A stretch of 64,000 nucleotides of DNA. Source: an uncultured delta proteobacterium (GTDB lineage Bacteria > Desulfobacterota > Binatia > Binatales > Binataceae). Where the stretch lies: the NCBI GenBank assembly GCA_963808235.1, contig CAWEEQ010000004.1, positions 3,584,001-3,648,000 of the forward strand. The letters are read 5' to 3'. The notes below the pieces were generated by a model, which saw only the letters and a list, made by a program, of their open reading frames with translations, had not been told where the DNA came from and searched no databases. Positions 60,459 through 64,000 of this stretch are shown here, piece by piece. The first letter of the stretch is position 1. The number at the start of each line of letters is the position of its first letter. Made by a program: the position numbers and the translations under genes.

Positions 60459-61172
60459 TCAGAATTTCTCTTTGAAGGGACGTACTTCGAGTTCCATAGT
60501 CCACGCACTCGGATCCTGATGCGCGAGATGCCAGTACGTCTCTGCGATCGCCTCAGGCTTGAGAAAGTCGGCGTCCTTCAGACTGGGCTTTAGTCCACGC
60601 GCTCCGGGGATGTCGATGCTGCCATCCACGTTGATCCACGCCACGTGGATACCTTTCGGACCAAGATCGCGCGCAAGTGATTGCGCCAAGCCGCGCATCG
60701 CGAACTTCGCGGGCCCAAATGACACTGACTTCGGCCCAGCCTTCACGCCGGCGGTCGCCCCGGTGAAGAGCATCGTGCCGCGACCGCGAGCAATCATCCC
60801 GGGCGCGACCTCTTTCGCCACGACAAACGCACCGAACGCGTTGACCCGCCAGTCCGCTTCGTACTGCTCGGGCGTAACCTCGGTGATAGATCCGAAGGTG
60901 CCGGTGCCGGCGTTGTAGAGAAGCACTTCAGGCTCGCCGAGCTCTTTGCGAATGGCGCGAAACGCTTCGGCGATCTGCGCCCGATCGCTGATATCGCAAG
61001 TGAGATCCAGCACAGTAGATCCGCTGCTCCGGATCTCGCCGGCAAGTGCTTTCAGATAGTTCGCATTACGCGCGAGCATCGCGACCGGGTAGGCCGCGGC
61101 GAAGCGGCGGACGAGCGCCGCGCCGAGCCCAGGACCAACTCCAATAACGACCGCAACAGGCTGGTTCGACAT
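60459..61172 (-). CDS. Short-chain dehydrogenase/reductase
   Basis: GVGPGLG, YNAG, FTGATA, F...K, GIHVA. Confidence 0.9.
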   Translation of the reverse strand: MSNQPVAVVIGVGPGLGAALVRRFAAAYPVAMLARNANYLKALAGEIRSSGSTVLDLTCDISDRAQIAEAFRAIRKELGEPEVLLYNAGTGTFGSITEVTPEQYEADWRVNAFGAFVVAKEVAPGMIARGRGTMLFTGATAGVKAGPKSVSFGPAKFAMRGLAQSLARDLGPKGIHVAWINVDGSIDIPGARGLKPSLKDADFLKPEAIAETYWHLAHQDPSAWTMELEVRPFKEKF

Positions 61173-61478
61173 ATTTTGCCTTCCTGCAAAAGTCTCGCAA
61201 CGATTATCTCATACTCGGCTGGACTGGTCGCGTCGATTTCAACCTGATGCACATCGACGCCCGCTTCATCCTGCGCTTTCAGGCGCTCGAGCGCTCCGCC
61301 CCTTTCCGTCTTCCTCACGAAGCAAGCAGCATGTAGACCTTCACACAGCGACACGTTTATTTTCATCATCCTGACGCAGCGAACGACGCGAGCGGAAGGA
61401 ACTGGCTTCTGGCCTCCGGACGGTGGCGCGCACGCGCCGCCGGTACCGGTTCTGAAATCGCGAAGCGGCCCGTTGCTG

Positions 61479-62687
61479 CTAGAGCAGTTTTTCGACCGCC
61501 TCTCGAAGCGAGCGGTCTGACCAATCGACGCCGCCGGCGCAGTCCCAGATTATCTTGCCCTTCCGATCGATAATGAAATTCGCCGGTATGCCTCGGACAT
61601 CGTAGGAGCCGCTCACACGATTGTCGGCATCGAGTAAAACTGGAAACTCGTAGTCGTTCTTTCGAACAAAAGGAAGCACAGAATCGGAGGGCTGATCGAT
61701 GTTGATCGTCAGCACCATAAAATCGTTACGGCTTTTGAGATTTTTGTAGAGGTTTTGTAACTTTGGCAACTCTCCGCGACAGGCGCCGCACCAGGTGGCC
61801 CAGAAGGTCAGCAGGACGACCTTTCCGCGCATCGCCGAGAGAGAAACCGGCGCGCCGCCCAAGTCGGCCAGATCAAACTCGCCGGCCGGCTCGCCCGCGT
61901 GCGTCGCACTTCCCGGGAACATACGCATCAGCGAAAGCGCCCCGGCCAATTCATCATTTCCATTTCTACTGTCCGCCCGCTCGGGCGCCCGCTTCGACGG
62001 TAGCTCAGCCGTGGGCGATGCCACCCCACTGGCGCGCGACGTCTCAGGCCTAGGTCGTGGCAACGCCGTTCTGATCTCTCCTCGTTTCGCGATCGCGATG
62101 GGAAGCGCTACAGGAGCCGCGCTGCGCTCCACCGATCCCGTGCGAGGCAACGGATGAATCTGTGATGGCGGCAAGGGAACCGCCTCTGCAAGAATCAATC
62201 GGTTCTGCTCATGATACAGCAAGTAAGCGAGGTACTGAGCAGAGCCGAATCCGATCACGAGCATCAGCAGGGCGAGTTCGAATGCCGCGCGGCTCGGGAG
62301 AATCTTTCGTCGTGCTTGCGGCTCGGGAACCGCATCAGCCGCGTTCCCAATCACCGCCGGATTTGCCAAAACGAAACGCGCACCTCCGAACAACAGTTCA
62401 TCGCCGAATTTGACTGCTCTTCGGTTATAGACTCGGCGCCCATTTACGAATGTGCCGTTGGTAGAAACCAGATCGCTCAATTCGAAGTGACCGTCTTTCT
62501 GCACCAGCATCGCGTGATGCTGTGAAACCGTTGGCTCACCGACTACGAAGTCATTGTCTTGGCCGCTGCCAATCGAAACGGTTGATTTAAGAACGCGCAA
62601 TTCCAGCGGCTCACCCGGTCGCGGCTTGATAACCATCAGCCGCGCGGTCGCCACTTCTGGCTGTTTCGATTTGCGTTTTCCGAACAT
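61479..62687 (-). CDS. FHA domain - TM helix - TlpA/redoxin fusion protein
   Basis: FHA (IGS...D, VSQHHA, DLVSTNGTFVNG), one TM helix, Pro-rich linker, FWATWCGAC...YDVRGIP thioredoxin fold. Confidence 0.88.
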   Translation of the reverse strand: MFGKRKSKQPEVATARLMVIKPRPGEPLELRVLKSTVSIGSGQDNDFVVGEPTVSQHHAMLVQKDGHFELSDLVSTNGTFVNGRRVYNRRAVKFGDELLFGGARFVLANPAVIGNAADAVPEPQARRKILPSRAAFELALLMLVIGFGSAQYLAYLLYHEQNRLILAEAVPLPPSQIHPLPRTGSVERSAAPVALPIAIAKRGEIRTALPRPRPETSRASGVASPTAELPSKRAPERADSRNGNDELAGALSLMRMFPGSATHAGEPAGEFDLADLGGAPVSLSAMRGKVVLLTFWATWCGACRGELPKLQNLYKNLKSRNDFMVLTINIDQPSDSVLPFVRKNDYEFPVLLDADNRVSGSYDVRGIPANFIIDRKGKIIWDCAGGVDWSDRSLREAVEKLL

Positions 62688-62704
62688 CGGTGAAGTGGCG
62701 GTCT

Positions 62705-63262
62705 CTAGGGTGAATGGCCTGCCGGTTTCGTGATCGTCGAGACCACGTGTTCTCTGGTGCTCCGGTAGTTCAGGTACGATAGATACTGCATGGCCGCGAA
62801 ACCGATTACGGAAGCCAGGATGACGAACTCGGAAGCGGTGCGGAGCGAAAATGCTGACCTCTTGCGTGGTGGTGGTGGCGGGCGATCCTCTCGATAACTC
62901 ACCGCAAGTGCTGTCTGTCGGAACACAAATTTAGCGCCGCCAAAACGAATCTCCTGTCCATCGGCGAGCGAAGCTGGTTTGTCGGTGATGCGAGCATTTC
63001 CCACAAAAGTACCGTTGCTCGAATTTGTGTCGACCAATTCCCATCGACGCCTGCGACGTTTCAAGATCGCATGCTGTCGGGAAACGGTGGGATCCCGCAC
63101 AACGAGATCATTAGAATCGCCGCTGCCAATCGATGACTGGGGTTTCAGCAGAGTGAACTCGCGCGACCGCGCATCGACGGGATTAATCGCCAACAAGCGA
63201 CCGACCGTATGCTTTCGGAGTCGTAACACCGTTGCCCCCGCCCGACTGCCTGGGTTGCGCAC
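62705..63262 (-). CDS. FHA domain - TM helix protein, paralogue of the downstream gene's N-terminal half
   Basis: IGSGDSND, VSRQHA, DTNSSNGTFV, FGGAKFV, VIGFAAMQYLSYL. Confidence 0.85.
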   Translation of the reverse strand: MRNPGSRAGATVLRLRKHTVGRLLAINPVDARSREFTLLKPQSSIGSGDSNDLVVRDPTVSRQHAILKRRRRRWELVDTNSSNGTFVGNARITDKPASLADGQEIRFGGAKFVFRQTALAVSYREDRPPPPPRKRSAFSLRTASEFVILASVIGFAAMQYLSYLNYRSTREHVVSTITKPAGHSP

Positions 63263-63401
63263 CAGGAGTCGCTCGCGATCACTACCAGTTACCGACGCGG
63301 AGAAAAAGACCTCGCACTAGGTCTGTGCAACTATCGCTAGACTGTCCGGATCGCGAAGCGGGTGATCTGCTACTCTCGTCGCAAGCGCGCGCATCCAAAC
63401 G

Positions 63402-63572
63402 GCGCCACAGCGCGCCGCGGTGGTGCTCTCCCTCATCGCTGGCGTGCAGGTGATGCGGCAAATATTTGGCCTGGCGGCCTTGGCCGAGGCCGAGCCCACG
63501 ACGCTGGTGAAAATCCTCGAGCCGGTGTTTCAGCAGCTCGTCAAAGGCGAGCGCCCACGCGGCTGGTTCTGA
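63402..63572 (+). pseudogene. C-terminal remnant of a TetR-family regulator
   Basis: Hand translation APQRAAVVLSLIAGVQVMRQIFGLAALAEAEPTTLVKILEPVFQQLV; in-frame stop just upstream, no HTH. Confidence 0.55.
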
Positions 63573-63578
63573 GACGCC

Positions 63579-64000
63579 TTAAGTACGTTTGGGTTGGTAC
63601 GTGATCTTGAGCGACGCGCGCTCGCGATTCTCTTCGAGTGCTAACTCGATCAACCGATCGATAAGCTGCGGCAGCTTGAGCCCCGACGCCTCCCAGAGCT
63701 TCGGATACATGCTGATCGCGGTGAAGCCGGGAATCGTGTTCACTTCGTTCACGTAAGTTTCTTTGAGATCGCGACTCGCGAGAAAATCGACCCGCGCCAT
63801 CCCTCGCAGCGACAACGCCTTGAACGCCGCCACCGCCATCGCGCGCAATTTCTTCGCTTTGGCGGCGGGCAGCTCGGCGGGAATTTTTGTCTTCGAGCCG
63901 CCGGGATCCACATATTTCGACTCGTAGCTGTAAAACTCATGCCCGCCGGTAACCACGACTTCGCCCAGCACCGACGCCTCCGGACGATCGTTGCCGAGCA
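63579..64000 (-). CDS. ddl: D-alanine--D-alanine ligase (5' end outside window)
   Basis: FYSYESKY, GMARVDF, NEVNTIPGFT.ISMYP. Confidence 0.95.
   Translation of the reverse strand, partial: LGNDRPEASVLGEVVVTGGHEFYSYESKYVDPGGSKTKIPAELPAAKAKKLRAMAVAAFKALSLRGMARVDFLASRDLKETYVNEVNTIPGFTAISMYPKLWEASGLKLPQLIDRLIELALEENRERASLKITYQPKRT

Noticed and set aside
61173-61478. Possible small gene in the SDR/FHA spacer (61052-61369 ORF)
   Set aside because: Overlaps the SDR gene, has no recognisable motif and no convincing RBS.

Overview
High-GC bacterial chromosomal window. By inference it comes from Candidatus Binatia/Binatota or a relative, based on DUF1329, WS/DGAT, MaoC and a small secreted 'CxxxDDPRL' protein. 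It is mostly housekeeping and metabolic genes. It holds a broken-up origin-region gene set (mnmE; mnmG-rsmG-parA-parB with four parS sites; rpmH-rnpA-yidD-yidC-jag) but no dnaA and no visible DnaA boxes. It also carries large NAD-GDH, nagA/anmK, mutS2, fumC, pyrD/thyX, hicAB, MoxR/VWA, Tad minor pilins, a pentameric ligand-gated ion channel, an MscS-cNMP channel and an FHA-TM-TlpA fusion. The strongest unexplained signals are non-coding. (1) A ~105-bp multi-hairpin repeat with compensatory base changes sits in every spacer of the mnmG-rsmG-parAB locus. (2) The parS sites are embedded in a larger conserved module. (3) A 180-bp TIR/TSD-bounded MITE is inserted in the loop of a REP hairpin. (4) A candidate kissing-loop RNA with a mini-ORF lies upstream of DUF1329. 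Many enzymes carry Lys/Arg-rich N-terminal tails. Eight single-base frameshifts in conserved genes are most likely long-read errors. No CRISPR array, rRNA or tRNA was seen.
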